Assembly: GCA_001029735.1 (NCBI GenBank)
Contig: CP011213.1
Location: 140,087-204,086, forward strand
Length of the DNA: 64,000 nt
Reading direction: 5' to 3'
Source of the DNA: Berkelbacteria bacterium GW2011_GWE1_39_12
GTDB taxonomy: Bacteria > Patescibacteriota > UBA1384 > UBA12157
Numbering within the stretch: the stretch's first letter is position 1; the number at the start of each line of letters is the position of its first letter. This document shows, one piece after another, positions 8,502-19,444 of this stretch. The translations under genes and the position numbers were made by a program. The notes under the pieces were generated by a model. It did no database searches. It was not told where the DNA came from and saw nothing but the letters and a program-made list of their open reading frames with translations.

Positions 8502-8864
8502 TTAGGACTTGGCGCTGTCTCTTTTGAAAGTAAGATAGCCTTCGAAATATTTTTTGAGAGCTTCTCGGTATTCGTCTGTGTTACATGATCCGACATGATA
8601 CTCGTCGAACAACCAATGGATACCAAGTGATTTCATAGATTGTCGAGATAGATTAATCAAACAATCAAGGTCTCCATGGATATTGTCTCTGATATTTGCG
8701 ATTTTACGATCGCTGAGCTGAAGCCTACCAATCTTCTGGTCGAGTGTTTCGTATGAATTCTGCTTAGCACAGCAGATCATAAAGACTACTGTTAATCGAT
8801 CACTGGTATCCTGATCCGCAATTGCAAAAACAATCTTCCTTAAATCTTTTTCTGCAAGAGACAT
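8502..8864 (-). CDS. Hypothetical protein, ~120 aa; the likely start is the internal Met (MSLAEKDLRK).
   Basis: AGGGGGG lies 6 nt upstream of the ATG at 8864. The gene is transcribed divergently from 9026..9490. Confidence 0.5.
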   Translation of the reverse strand: MSLAEKDLRKIVFAIADQDTSDRLTVVFMICCAKQNSYETLDQKIGRLQLSDRKIANIRDNIHGDLDCLINLSRQSMKSLGIHWLFDEYHVGSCNTDEYREALKKYFEGYLTFKRDSAKS

Positions 8865-9025
8865 AGCAATCCCCCCTGGTACAAGCAATTTCGAATTAAG
8901 TTTAAAACAAATTGACGCAAAAGTCAAGACAGGCACAAAAACCTTTTGGCTTTGTAAACTCTTGATTTATCATAAAAACCAAAGTACAATAACGCCATAG
9001 GATTCGCACGACGAGGGGAGAATCA

Positions 9026-9490
9026 ATGGAAAAGATTTGGGCAAGAAAGAAACACAGAAGAATGTCCGCGTCCAAGGAGCTTGTCTCGCTTTTTCAGGAC
9101 TTAGTGAACATTTCGATCACCAGATTACAAGACGACGGCGACCTGGACAGGTCAAATCACCGCAAGCTGCATTTGATGACCAATGATCGTATCTATCAAA
9201 TCGCCATCCTAGGACAAAGCAAAGCCAGTCTCACTGATCCGAACGACCCGACATATCGACATGGCATGTTCATTAGAGTAGTGGAAATCCATGACGGGAA
9301 AGTCGTTGGATCACTTAAGGAAATATGCGTCCCCGTTTTTGCTCATCACGTCGACGCAGTTTCGATCAACGATTACCGGACGATGTGTCTGGAATCAATT
9401 CAGCGAGCGAAAGAGGATATAAAATCCGCCCGAAAAATAAGCTGGCTGGATTGGGAATGCCTACTTGATCCAGGCTACCCAACAACATAG
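9026..9490 (+). CDS. Hypothetical protein, 154 aa.
   Basis: A ribosome-binding site GAGGGGAG lies 5 nt upstream of the ATG. The gene is GC-richer than the genome average, and a terminator lies downstream at 9838..9862. Confidence 0.55.
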   Translation: MEKIWARKKHRRMSASKELVSLFQDLVNISITRLQDDGDLDRSNHRKLHLMTNDRIYQIAILGQSKASLTDPNDPTYRHGMFIRVVEIHDGKVVGSLKEICVPVFAHHVDAVSINDYRTMCLESIQRAKEDIKSARKISWLDWECLLDPGYPTT

Positions 9491-9579
9491 CAATTTCATT
9501 AAACCGCTTCCCCCAAAAGTTAGCGGTTTTTTAAAAAGCGCCGGGAAAAACCCAGGCGCCGCCGTAAATTGTCAGAGAG

Positions 9580-9807
9580 TTAATGTCTGTTGTAAGGGAA
9601 GACGAACTGGCGGTATTTGCAACTCCACCAGATGAGAAAGGAAACTCCAAAGAGTAAAATCGGCCCGAGAGTAACGCACGTAATAAACCCATACATCAGA
9701 CTCATTTCGTCCAACCAGTCTATGTTCCAACCATCATCCCAGAGACAAAATATGCCGCCAACCAGACCTAATATCATCCATGCAGCCAGGACAAACATCG
9801 ATATCAC
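9580..9807 (-). CDS. Small two-helix membrane protein, 75 aa.
   Basis: Hydrophobic helices are LAAWMILGLVGGIFCLW and LGPILLFGVSFLIWW. Confidence 0.4.
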   Translation of the reverse strand: MISMFVLAAWMILGLVGGIFCLWDDGWNIDWLDEMSLMYGFITCVTLGPILLFGVSFLIWWSCKYRQFVFPYNRH

Positions 9808-9837
9808 CTCCGAATCGTTCTTCTAATTTATTATACA

Positions 9838-9862
9838 CAAAAAAGACCGAAGGGTCTTTTTT
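9838..9862 (+). terminator. Intrinsic terminator.
   Basis: The hairpin AGACC-GAAG-GGTCT is followed by TTTTTTATT. Confidence 0.5.
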
Positions 9863-9883
9863 ATTAGTACTTAGTCTTTTTGT

Positions 9884-9969
9884 GCACCGGGAATACCCGG
9901 CACATTCCTCAAAAGTTTGACAACTTTTGGGTGGGCACCCGGATTACCGGGCACGAACCATATTTTCTC
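9884..9969. repeat. Two related GC-rich hairpin repeats in the 16S 3' trailer.
   Basis: GTGCACCGGGAATACCCGGCAC and GGGCACCCGGATTACCGGGCAC each fold as a CCGGG/CCCGG stem. They lie just downstream of the mature 16S 3' end on the transcribed strand. Confidence 0.45.
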
Positions 9970-10138
9970 ATACAAAAATAAGCCTAGTTCGAATATTTCT
10001 ACTCAAACGCAGGCTTATTTTATATTAAATACTTTATATGGTTGCAAGAAACTTGATTCGCCTTTCGGCTCGTCTAGTATCGATCATCTATTCTCAAAGT
10101 TATCTTGCGATAATTCTGAGACTAGGTGTTTACTCCCT

Positions 10139-11595
<1,457 letters not shown>

Positions 11596-12011
11596 GAGAC
11601 ATTTTTCAAAGTAACCAGAGTGGCTTAGTTTGAAAAAAGTCTGGGGTGCCATGATCCGAAGATCATGGACTTACATATTTTTCTTTAACTTCGAAATAAT
11701 GCTAAAAAGAAGTCTTGCAACCACAAAAATACTTAATGTTACAATGACATTATTGGTGGTGTATTTTATGATCTATTCAAACCATAGCGTCAAATTCGGA
11801 ATTACTTGGTAAGTTTCCGCGACCGACGGTTTATGGCACCGATATCAATACTTGATATTGATGATATCAGTTATGTCAAAGGTCAAATCAAGAACAAACA
11901 AAAAAGTTCCCAATACGCGGAACTTCCGGTATCTATCCTCGATTTCTCAAACTTGTTAAAAAAGTAAGTCCTGCAAAGAACTCCTTCCGGATCTTTTTTA
12001 AGATCAATTAG

Positions 12012-12040
12012 ATCTTAATATATCTTAGAATATTTGTCAA
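12012..12040 (-). promoter_or_regulatory. Candidate rRNA promoter: TTGACA-17 nt-TAAGAT.
   Basis: On the minus strand the -35 box TTGACA lies at 12040..12035, followed by a 17 nt spacer and the -10 box TAAGAT at 12017..12012. This is ~410 nt upstream of the mature 16S 5' end, consistent with a processed leader. Confidence 0.35.
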
Positions 12041-12137
12041 CACCCCGGTAATAAAAAGTATTAAAAAGACGGTCTCAAAACGTCAAAAAATACGAAAGAG
12101 CAGCCTGAATTTTAAAAAACCCGGGGAAGACCCAGGG

Positions 12138-12608
12138 TTATGAGACAACTGATGGTAGTAACCACATTGATACTTGAGCTGGTTCGGTCTCCGTGTCGTT
12201 AACAGATATAACAGGTTCCCAGAACCTGGAATACCAGTTCCGGGTGGTCAGCGAAATAATCTTCTTTTCTATCCAGATATCTGAGCACTTCACAGAGAAG
12301 AAGAACTGTATAGTGTCAGGGTGACACCATTGGATCCTGATTAGGTTCTCCTTAGAAATCGTAATGCCAAAAGACAATTTCTGCTCTTGGCCATTAAGTA
12401 ATCTAAAGATAGTGTAATCAAAACCAGCCTTGTGTTCTGGACTACCCTTTCGATGACGAATAATGCGCAGAAGATCGATCCTTTGTTCAGTTATCGCCTT
12501 TCGAACGACACCCGGGACCCGATCTTCCATCTGATGGCCTAATTGGCCTTTCCGCTCTGATCTTCGTTTTCTTTCTTCAGACGGGTCTTTTTTTGCCACG
12601 ATAAACAC
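12138..12608 (-). CDS. Hypothetical basic protein, 156 aa; a possible nuclease-fold protein, not assignable.
   Basis: It is an intact ORF in a GC-richer patch immediately upstream of the rRNA promoter. The N-terminus is Lys/Arg-rich and the protein contains a GFDYTIF...E...K segment. Confidence 0.45.
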   Translation of the reverse strand: MFIVAKKDPSEERKRRSERKGQLGHQMEDRVPGVVRKAITEQRIDLLRIIRHRKGSPEHKAGFDYTIFRLLNGQEQKLSFGITISKENLIRIQWCHPDTIQFFFSVKCSDIWIEKKIISLTTRNWYSRFWEPVISVNDTETEPAQVSMWLLPSVVS

Positions 12609-12735
12609 CTCATCACAAAATCGTTTGCGGCAGATACCTCATCAATTTATCACTTTTTAATAAATTTATCAATAGATGCAAGCCAGAGTAAATCTTGAAT
12701 GATAATCGATAGCGTAAGTTTTTAATATTGATATA

Positions 12736-14298
12736 TTAAAGATCAACTGAGGTAACATTCACACCATTCAACAATCCATAGGGATGATTTTTTGCACCGC
12801 TGGATGTTCCTGGAACATATTTCAAATTACTAATCCCACTATTTGAAAGATCTCTAATCGAAAAATAATTCCACAATTTATCAGGACTACCTGTAATTTT
12901 TGTATTTATAAAAGTAACATTCCCCAAGGCGGCTGCACCTGTACTCGTAGAGTTAGCAACATAAACTGCAGCATGATCAATTGTCTTCGACGTTTGATTT
13001 GGGTTATCGATAATTAAATTGTTAAATATCAACATTGGACCGGTCACACGCCAAACACTTGCGAATGCGCCGTGATACCCTGCGTTGAAACTTTTACAAT
13101 CGTTAAATTCTATTGTTCCACCTACACCATTGCCTGAATACCCTTCATAACTAGTTAAGCCTGAATAAGTATCTGTATGACGAATAACCTTAATGCTGAC
13201 CGGAATGCTGGTCTCGTCTAAGGCATGGGTGGAAACAATAACCCCAAGTCCTAAATTATTAGAAGTAAAACTATCTTCAATATTTATATTGGTTAGCTGG
13301 TCGTGTGCATAATTGGGTTCCATATCAATTCCTGACTGAGGAGCTGCCCCATTGGTGTTTGTAAAATGACAACGTTTTACCAATAGATTTTTGACAGAAA
13401 TGACACTTAGCCCTTGTCTTAGATTATTATCAGCCAAACAATCGATTAAATTTATATTACCACTGTAATTTTGCTTGGAAGTTTCCCCAATATAAAATCC
13501 ATCCCCTCCAGCGCTATTTGAAGCTAAACCATAAATATTAATATTGTTCGAACCATAAATACCAACGCCATGGCGCCCAGTGCCAACGAGATATTCAGCT
13601 TTTGGCATCTGGATTTTTGCGCCATAGCCCATGATGGTGACATTTTGGGTGTCTCTAATACTGATTACTCGATCAGCTTTGCCATAATCGTTCGCCGCTT
13701 GAATCACTGTGCCTGAGCCAAGAAGAAGATTTGAGTTTGCGGGGATGGTGATTGGTTTCACCATATAAGGACTTGCAGAAGGTGGAATGTATAGAACCAG
13801 TCCTTTAGACACTGCATCGTTAAGCGCGGACTGGATGACAAAAGTATCGTCACCCCCCTGACCAGCAACACCATAAGTAAACAGATTAACCGGCACTTTT
13901 GCTTGAAAACTAACTTTGCCTTTGCCATTGGCAGTCTGATTTTCCAAAATCCACGTCGCTTTATTCTGAATAAAATTATAGTTATCCAAATCATCCGAGT
14001 CTGTCAATACATTTCCGTTGAGTGTTGCAGAACCATTTATATAAAAAACGCCTTCGGGAATAGAATCTTCTATCTTCACATTTTTAACATCGTTAGCGCC
14101 GATCGTGTAATTGATAGTGAACGTCAGTACGCTGCCACTGTTTGCTTTTGTTTTGTCGACAGTCGTAACTAAAGTTATGCCATTACCAGTTTGGCTTTGA
14201 GCTTTTGCGTTTTTTTGAGTACAAAACAAAGCGATTATTAAAACTAAAATAATAACTGAAAGCAAAAATATTTTTTGAAGTAAACTAAAATATTTCAA
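12736..14298 (-). CDS. Secreted 520 aa protein with an N-terminal DUF11-like domain and a right-handed parallel beta-helix (pectate-lyase-fold) domain.
   Basis: A signal anchor is present (IFLLSVIILVLIIALF). The DUF11-like segment is TFTINYTIGANDVKNVKIEDSIPEGV. The Gly/Asn-rich repeats ending ~15 aa apart (NINIYGLASNSAGGDGFYIG, NINLIDCLADNN) are typical of beta-helix glycanases. Confidence 0.75.
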   Translation of the reverse strand: MKYFSLLQKIFLLSVIILVLIIALFCTQKNAKAQSQTGNGITLVTTVDKTKANSGSVLTFTINYTIGANDVKNVKIEDSIPEGVFYINGSATLNGNVLTDSDDLDNYNFIQNKATWILENQTANGKGKVSFQAKVPVNLFTYGVAGQGGDDTFVIQSALNDAVSKGLVLYIPPSASPYMVKPITIPANSNLLLGSGTVIQAANDYGKADRVISIRDTQNVTIMGYGAKIQMPKAEYLVGTGRHGVGIYGSNNINIYGLASNSAGGDGFYIGETSKQNYSGNINLIDCLADNNLRQGLSVISVKNLLVKRCHFTNTNGAAPQSGIDMEPNYAHDQLTNINIEDSFTSNNLGLGVIVSTHALDETSIPVSIKVIRHTDTYSGLTSYEGYSGNGVGGTIEFNDCKSFNAGYHGAFASVWRVTGPMLIFNNLIIDNPNQTSKTIDHAAVYVANSTSTGAAALGNVTFINTKITGSPDKLWNYFSIRDLSNSGISNLKYVPGTSSGAKNHPYGLLNGVNVTSVDL

Positions 14299-14334
14299 TA
14301 AATCCCTCTCCTTTATTGTACGCTTTTTTGAGGA

Positions 14335-14940
14335 CTATTTCTTAATAACTTTATCTATTAAACCATATTTAAGTGCATCCGGAGCCGACATAAAAAAGTC
14401 ACGGTCCGAATCTTTTTCGATTTTTTCCACAGGCTGGCCGGTATGCTTGGCCAAAACCTCGTTGATCGCTTTTTTGATACGAAGTATTTCTTTAGTTTGA
14501 ATTTCTATATCTGTTGCCTGACCTTCCGCTCCGCCCATCACTTGATGAATCATAATTCTTGAGTTTGGCAAGGCAAATCTTTTACCTTTGGCTCCGGCGG
14601 CTAAAAGAACGGCGGCGGCGGAAGCGGCTTGACCAATGCAGATAGTTGCCACATCGGCTTGGACATATTGAATCGTGTCATAGATTGCCATACCTGCAGT
14701 GACAACGCCGCCTGGTGAATTAATGTAAATTGAAATGTCTTTTTTCGGATCTTCTGAATCTAAAAACAACAATTGAGCCATGATCAGATTGGCAACCTGA
14801 TCGTCAATCGGACCGCCTAAAAAGATTATTCGATCCTTTAAAAGACGAGAATAAATGTCATAGGCCCGCTCGCCGAATTGGCTTTTTTCTAAAACAGTTG
14901 GAATTAAATATTGTGATCTTATTTCTTGATTTTTATTCAT
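14335..14940 (-). CDS. clpP: ATP-dependent Clp protease proteolytic subunit ClpP.
   Basis: The conserved ClpP core [17 protein letters not shown]...[14 protein letters not shown]...MIHQ with Ser-His-Asp context is present. It lies immediately downstream of tig, the usual gene order. Confidence 0.95.
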   Translation of the reverse strand: MNKNQEIRSQYLIPTVLEKSQFGERAYDIYSRLLKDRIIFLGGPIDDQVANLIMAQLLFLDSEDPKKDISIYINSPGGVVTAGMAIYDTIQYVQADVATICIGQAASAAAVLLAAGAKGKRFALPNSRIMIHQVMGGAEGQATDIEIQTKEILRIKKAINEVLAKHTGQPVEKIEKDSDRDFFMSAPDALKYGLIDKVIKK

Positions 14941-14964
14941 TTTAACTTTCTACTTTTATTTTCG

Positions 14965-16164
14965 CTATTTTGTCGCGTAATCAACCAATTTTTCGATTAC
15001 TTTTAAGCCAGAGTCTTCTTTGCTTAAATCGATTTTTTCTTGCTTGCCGATTTCGCCTAAGGTCAAACCAACCTTAACTGTTTTAGCGGCCTGCTCGGAC
15101 ATATCTTTTTTAAGATCTTCTTCGGACTTACCCATACTTTCTAAGTATTTATCAAATGGTAAGCCCATACCTTCAGTCCTTGTCTTAAGTTGATCAACCA
15201 TTCTTTGTGTTTCCTGCTCAACCAGGCTATCCGGCACTTCAACTTCCGTGATCTTAAGCAATGCTTCAATCACTTCGTTTTCTTTGTTTTGTCTTTCAGC
15301 TCGCTTTTTTTGGTTCAGCACATCGGCTTCAACAACTTTTTTTAAATCATCAAGGTTTTTTTGACCAAACTTTGTCGCCAACTCGTCATCAAGCTTTGGC
15401 AAGATTACTTCTTGAACTAAGTTCATTTTGACTTTAAAGTGTACTTTTTTCTTTAAACTGATATTTTCCGGAGACGATCCTTTTCCCAACTCGATATCAA
15501 ATTCCTTTTCATCTCCAGCTTTCATGCCCTCAACTTTTTTTTCGAATTCCGGAATTAAAACCTTGCTTCCTAAAACAACTGGGTAATTTTTACTGGTCAA
15601 GTTTTCTAAAACTACACTACGTTCTGTGCCTTCAAAATCCATTTCAACACGATCACCTTCTTTGGCGGCTCGTTCAACACCTTTGAATTCGGCATGCTGG
15701 CGCTGTAAATGAGAAAAAACTTGGTCAAGTTCGTCTTTGGTTACTTTTAATTTTGATTCTTCGGCTTTTTTAATTTTAATTTTTTTGTAATCGCCCAGCT
15801 TCACTTCAGGCAAAACATCGAGTTCTGCCTCATAAATAATTTCAGCATTGTCAGCAGTTAGATCAACCATCTTTTTAATTTCAACTTTTGGCGGAGCGAC
15901 TGGAATAAGCTTTTCTTGCTTTAAAACTTGGCCATAACTTTCAGAAAGGGCCATATCAATTATTTCCGAATTAAAACGATTTTCGCCAATTTCCATAATT
16001 GTTAAATGCTTTGGCGCTTTTCCAGGACGAAAACCCTTGATGTTTACCGAGGGCGCCAATTTTTCATAAACCTTTGCAAAATAACCGCGCATTATTTCCG
16101 GCGGTAAGGTTACACTTAATTTAATTTTGGATTTTGGTAGGTTTTCTTTTATAACATTTAACAT
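14965..16164 (-). CDS. tig: Trigger factor.
   Basis: A 399 aa protein with a trigger-factor N-terminal ribosome-binding domain (GFRPGKAP motif) and an FKBP-like middle domain. It is adjacent to clpP. Confidence 0.9.
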   Translation of the reverse strand: MLNVIKENLPKSKIKLSVTLPPEIMRGYFAKVYEKLAPSVNIKGFRPGKAPKHLTIMEIGENRFNSEIIDMALSESYGQVLKQEKLIPVAPPKVEIKKMVDLTADNAEIIYEAELDVLPEVKLGDYKKIKIKKAEESKLKVTKDELDQVFSHLQRQHAEFKGVERAAKEGDRVEMDFEGTERSVVLENLTSKNYPVVLGSKVLIPEFEKKVEGMKAGDEKEFDIELGKGSSPENISLKKKVHFKVKMNLVQEVILPKLDDELATKFGQKNLDDLKKVVEADVLNQKKRAERQNKENEVIEALLKITEVEVPDSLVEQETQRMVDQLKTRTEGMGLPFDKYLESMGKSEEDLKKDMSEQAAKTVKVGLTLGEIGKQEKIDLSKEDSGLKVIEKLVDYATK

Positions 16165-16265
16165 AAAAAATTTTCCTTTTTTATTAATGAGTTAAATTTA
16201 GCTGTTTAATTGTATCAGAAAAACGAGGCGATGACAAGGTTAATAATCACTATTTTTAGAACTAT

Positions 16266-17093
16266 TTATAAATAATTTGCGATCGTAAATTTACAATCTT
16301 GAACAGGAACACCGTAAAAACCTTTTTCACGATTGAGTAATTGCGGATAAATGACATCGTCGACAGCAACAATTGCCGTATCTGGATTTTCCTGTTTTAC
16401 TTCTTGAAGTAGTGCCGGTTTCTCATAATCATCATTAAAAAAGATTTCGGCTTGGCAATTTTCCAGACAGCGAGAATCAATCGGTCCCTCAGCTTGACAA
16501 TATTTTTCTTCCAAAGCTTCCAGTGGGATGCCATGCGAATATTTTTTCTTTATTTCATCACGCATCAAGCCTAGAGATGAATAAACCAAATCGGGATTGA
16601 CCTGACCTGCAATTGATCCAAGTTGATTAGGATGTTGAAGATAACCCAAAGTTTTTTCAACGCTTTTTGTTGTGATCAGTCCAATATCTAACTTCCCTTC
16701 TTGTTTTAATGGATCTAAAACTTCAGAAAATAGTTTGGGACAAATTGGCCTAACTCTATATTCATCGTCATCTGTTTCTGCCAAGGTGAAATCAACATCA
16801 AAGAGAGCAATCGCTTTCCCATTTTCCTCAACTGCCTGATGCACTGTATCGTAAACACGCAAAGCAAAAGTTTTTTCTTTATCGAGCATTTCCTGTACTG
16901 CCATTGCTTTTAAAGTTTCCGCCGATGCCTCAGCCGGACTTCCCAGTGTCATTTTTGCTTTTCGATCAAACATCCAAGTCTTTAAGATTGAATCTAGCTT
17001 TTGATGTACATCTTCTTGGTGTTTTTCCCAAAACGATTCAAATGTTAGACTATTAACCTGAGGCGGCCCAAGTTCTGGATTATCGATTCCCAT
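16266..17093 (-). CDS. Hypothetical protein, 275 aa, with a HAD-like DxDxT motif.
   Basis: The FDVDFTLAETDD motif matches HAD superfamily motif I. The remainder is not recognisable. Confidence 0.5.
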   Translation of the reverse strand: MGIDNPELGPPQVNSLTFESFWEKHQEDVHQKLDSILKTWMFDRKAKMTLGSPAEASAETLKAMAVQEMLDKEKTFALRVYDTVHQAVEENGKAIALFDVDFTLAETDDDEYRVRPICPKLFSEVLDPLKQEGKLDIGLITTKSVEKTLGYLQHPNQLGSIAGQVNPDLVYSSLGLMRDEIKKKYSHGIPLEALEEKYCQAEGPIDSRCLENCQAEIFFNDDYEKPALLQEVKQENPDTAIVAVDDVIYPQLLNREKGFYGVPVQDCKFTIANYL

Positions 17094-17118
17094 GATTTCC
17101 TTTGTTAAATATTTAAAT

Positions 17119-18240
17119 TTATTCTAGTGCTTTTAATCCAGGCAAATCCTTACCAGAAATGTATTCCAAGGTGGCGCCGCCGCCGGTTGAACAAAAAGAG
17201 ACTTTGTCTGCAAGGCCGATATTTTCAATAAAACCAACCGTGTCACCACCACCAATAACAGAAAAAGCCTCGGAGCCAGCGACTGCTTCAGCGATCTGCT
17301 TACTGCCATCAGCAAAAGCCGGAACCTCAGTGATTCCCATATTTCCATTCCAGAAAATGACTTTGCTTTTAGCGATTACTTTTTTATACTCTTCAACGGT
17401 CTTAGGGCCAATATCATCAATCGCATATTCTTTCATTGTTTCAGGATCCAAGGTTTCTGATGTTTTTATAACACGAACACCTTCTGCTTTTTTAATTGAG
17501 TGAGAAATAACCAAATCAATCGGTAAGAAAATATTTCGATCCGGTTCATCAGTAATAGATTGCCAGACGATATTAGCATCTCGAAATGCCTCCTCCTCAA
17601 CCAAAGATTCACCAAGATGATGGCGACGAGCTGCTAGAAAAGTTGAGCCAATAGCGCCGCCGATTAAAAAGTTCTGGGTGCGGCTTGTTAAATTTTTAAG
17701 AACAGGTAATTTGTCAGCTATCTTCGCACCACCTAAAATAACAGTGAAAGGCTTTTCTTTGTCTTTGCTAATTTTTTCTAAATTCTCTATTTCATGCTGG
17801 ACCGAAAAACCAGCAAAAGAAGGCAGTAATTTAGCAATACCGACCGTTGATGCATGCGACCTGTGACACGTGGCGAAAGCATCTTGAACAAAAAGATCTT
17901 GACCGACTGCTAATTGTCTAGCAAAATCAGGATCATTTTCTTCTTCCCCTTTATTAAATCGCAAGTTTTCTAAAATTTGCCAATTTTGATGAGTGCCTAA
18001 TAATTCTATTAATTTATCCTCAACTGGACGTATCTTAAGCTCTGGGTCTTCGCCATCAGGCCTACCAATATGACCAATAATTGTCACTTTGGCATTATTT
18101 TCTAAAAGATATTTTAATGTCTTTAAGCTCGCTCTCAGCCGACGATCATTTTTGACTTTACCATTCTCAATCGGTACGTCAGTGTCGATGCGAATTAAAA
18201 TATTTTTGTTTTGAATTTCAACTTCATGTATTTTTTTCAT
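17119..18240 (-). CDS. pgk: Phosphoglycerate kinase.
   Basis: A 373 aa protein with a Pgk N-terminal substrate-binding basic patch and a C-terminal GGGDTV...GGGA nucleotide-binding motif. Confidence 0.95.
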   Translation of the reverse strand: MKKIHEVEIQNKNILIRIDTDVPIENGKVKNDRRLRASLKTLKYLLENNAKVTIIGHIGRPDGEDPELKIRPVEDKLIELLGTHQNWQILENLRFNKGEEENDPDFARQLAVGQDLFVQDAFATCHRSHASTVGIAKLLPSFAGFSVQHEIENLEKISKDKEKPFTVILGGAKIADKLPVLKNLTSRTQNFLIGGAIGSTFLAARRHHLGESLVEEEAFRDANIVWQSITDEPDRNIFLPIDLVISHSIKKAEGVRVIKTSETLDPETMKEYAIDDIGPKTVEEYKKVIAKSKVIFWNGNMGITEVPAFADGSKQIAEAVAGSEAFSVIGGGDTVGFIENIGLADKVSFCSTGGGATLEYISGKDLPGLKALE

Positions 18241-18332
18241 ATTTTCTGCTCCTACATTCGAATTTTTGAAACAATTTTATTTTTCCATAATTTCAGCGGA
18301 ATTTTCCGCGAATTAGAATTTTAATTTTAATT

Positions 18333-19076
18333 CTATTTTATCGTCCAGCCACCATCTACAGTTAATATTTGGCCTGTGATATAACTAGCTTCGTCGGACG
18401 CTAAAAATAAAACAGCATTAGCAATATCTTCCGGCTCGCCAATTCTTCCGAGTGGTATCATTGAAATTGTTTGCTTTTTAATTCCCTCGTCGGAACTTTG
18501 GCCGGCTCCAGGAGTATTAATTGCACCTGGGGCAATCGCATTTACATTGATTTTTTTTGGGGCCAATTCGACAGCCAAAGCTCGGACAAAGCCGTTCATT
18601 CCACCTTTAGAAGCACAATAATGTGCGAGCTGAGGAAATGCAACAAGAGAAGCAATTGAAGAGATATCAACAATTTTAGAACCTTCCTTCATGATTTTGG
18701 CCGCCGCTTGGGAAGAAAGAAAAACACTTTTTAAATTAACGCTTAAAACTTTATCCCAATCTTCTTCTGCCATTTCTAGAAATGGCTTGTAAGGAAAAAT
18801 ACCTGCATTATTAACCAATATATCCAAAGCTCCAAAATTCTCAACCGTCTTATCAATTAAATTGTCAACTTCCATTTTTTTTGAAACATCACATTTAATA
18901 GCAATTGATTTTTTGCCAGATTGTTTAATTTCATCGGCCACTTTTTGAGCGTTCGCTTCATCAATATCACTGACGACGACAAAACAACTTTCCTCTGCAA
19001 GCCGCAACGCAATTCCGCGACCAATCCCTTGACCAGCGCCAGTTACGATTGCCACTTTATTTTTGAGTCTATCCAT
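18333..19076 (-). CDS. SDR-family oxidoreductase (3-oxoacyl-ACP reductase FabG-like).
   Basis: TGAGQGIGRGIA (a TGxxxGxG Rossmann motif), NNAG, and a catalytic YxxxK (YCASK) are present. Confidence 0.85.
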   Translation of the reverse strand: MDRLKNKVAIVTGAGQGIGRGIALRLAEESCFVVVSDIDEANAQKVADEIKQSGKKSIAIKCDVSKKMEVDNLIDKTVENFGALDILVNNAGIFPYKPFLEMAEEDWDKVLSVNLKSVFLSSQAAAKIMKEGSKIVDISSIASLVAFPQLAHYCASKGGMNGFVRALAVELAPKKINVNAIAPGAINTPGAGQSSDEGIKKQTISMIPLGRIGEPEDIANAVLFLASDEASYITGQILTVDGGWTIK

Positions 19077-19090
19077 TTTATCTCCTTTAA

Positions 19091-19444
19091 CTATCCGAGC
19101 TTAACTATTTTTTCTATATCTGTGAGAATTGCGCCTTTGGCTGGAAGGCCTTTGTTTTCTGACATTTTCTTCACATAGTCTAGCCATTCACCATTATTAT
19201 AATAAGATGCTGCGCCGACGATTTTATACCCTTGCCAATCTTTGTTCCAAACCACTAAGCATACATTGTTATTTGCCTTAATGTTTTGTAAAGTTTCATT
19301 CATGTAATTATCGGTAATCAAAATCTGATTTTGTACAATCTTAACGAAAGCGACTGCAATTACATTTGGTTTATTTTCTTCAGTGACAGTCGATAAGGCA
19401 ACTGGATTATTTTCTAATATTTCTTTTATCTCATTTAGCGTCAT
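19091..19444 (-). CDS. Pyridoxamine 5'-phosphate oxidase-like FMN-binding protein, ~117 aa.
   Basis: PNPOx-like split-barrel pattern (NKPNVIAVAFVK...ILITDNYM...VCLVVW). The start is taken at the internal MTLNEIKE Met (19444), and the gene overlaps the hydrogenase stop by 14 nt. Confidence 0.65.
   Translation of the reverse strand: MTLNEIKEILENNPVALSTVTEENKPNVIAVAFVKIVQNQILITDNYMNETLQNIKANNNVCLVVWNKDWQGYKIVGAASYYNNGEWLDYVKKMSENKGLPAKGAILTDIEKIVKLG

Noticed and set aside
12138-12608. Basic 156 aa ORF next to the rRNA promoter as an IS transposase or homing endonuclease.
   Set aside because: There are no terminal inverted repeats, no HUH, DDE or LAGLIDADG motifs, and no target-site duplication that I can see. 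It is kept as a hypothetical protein only.
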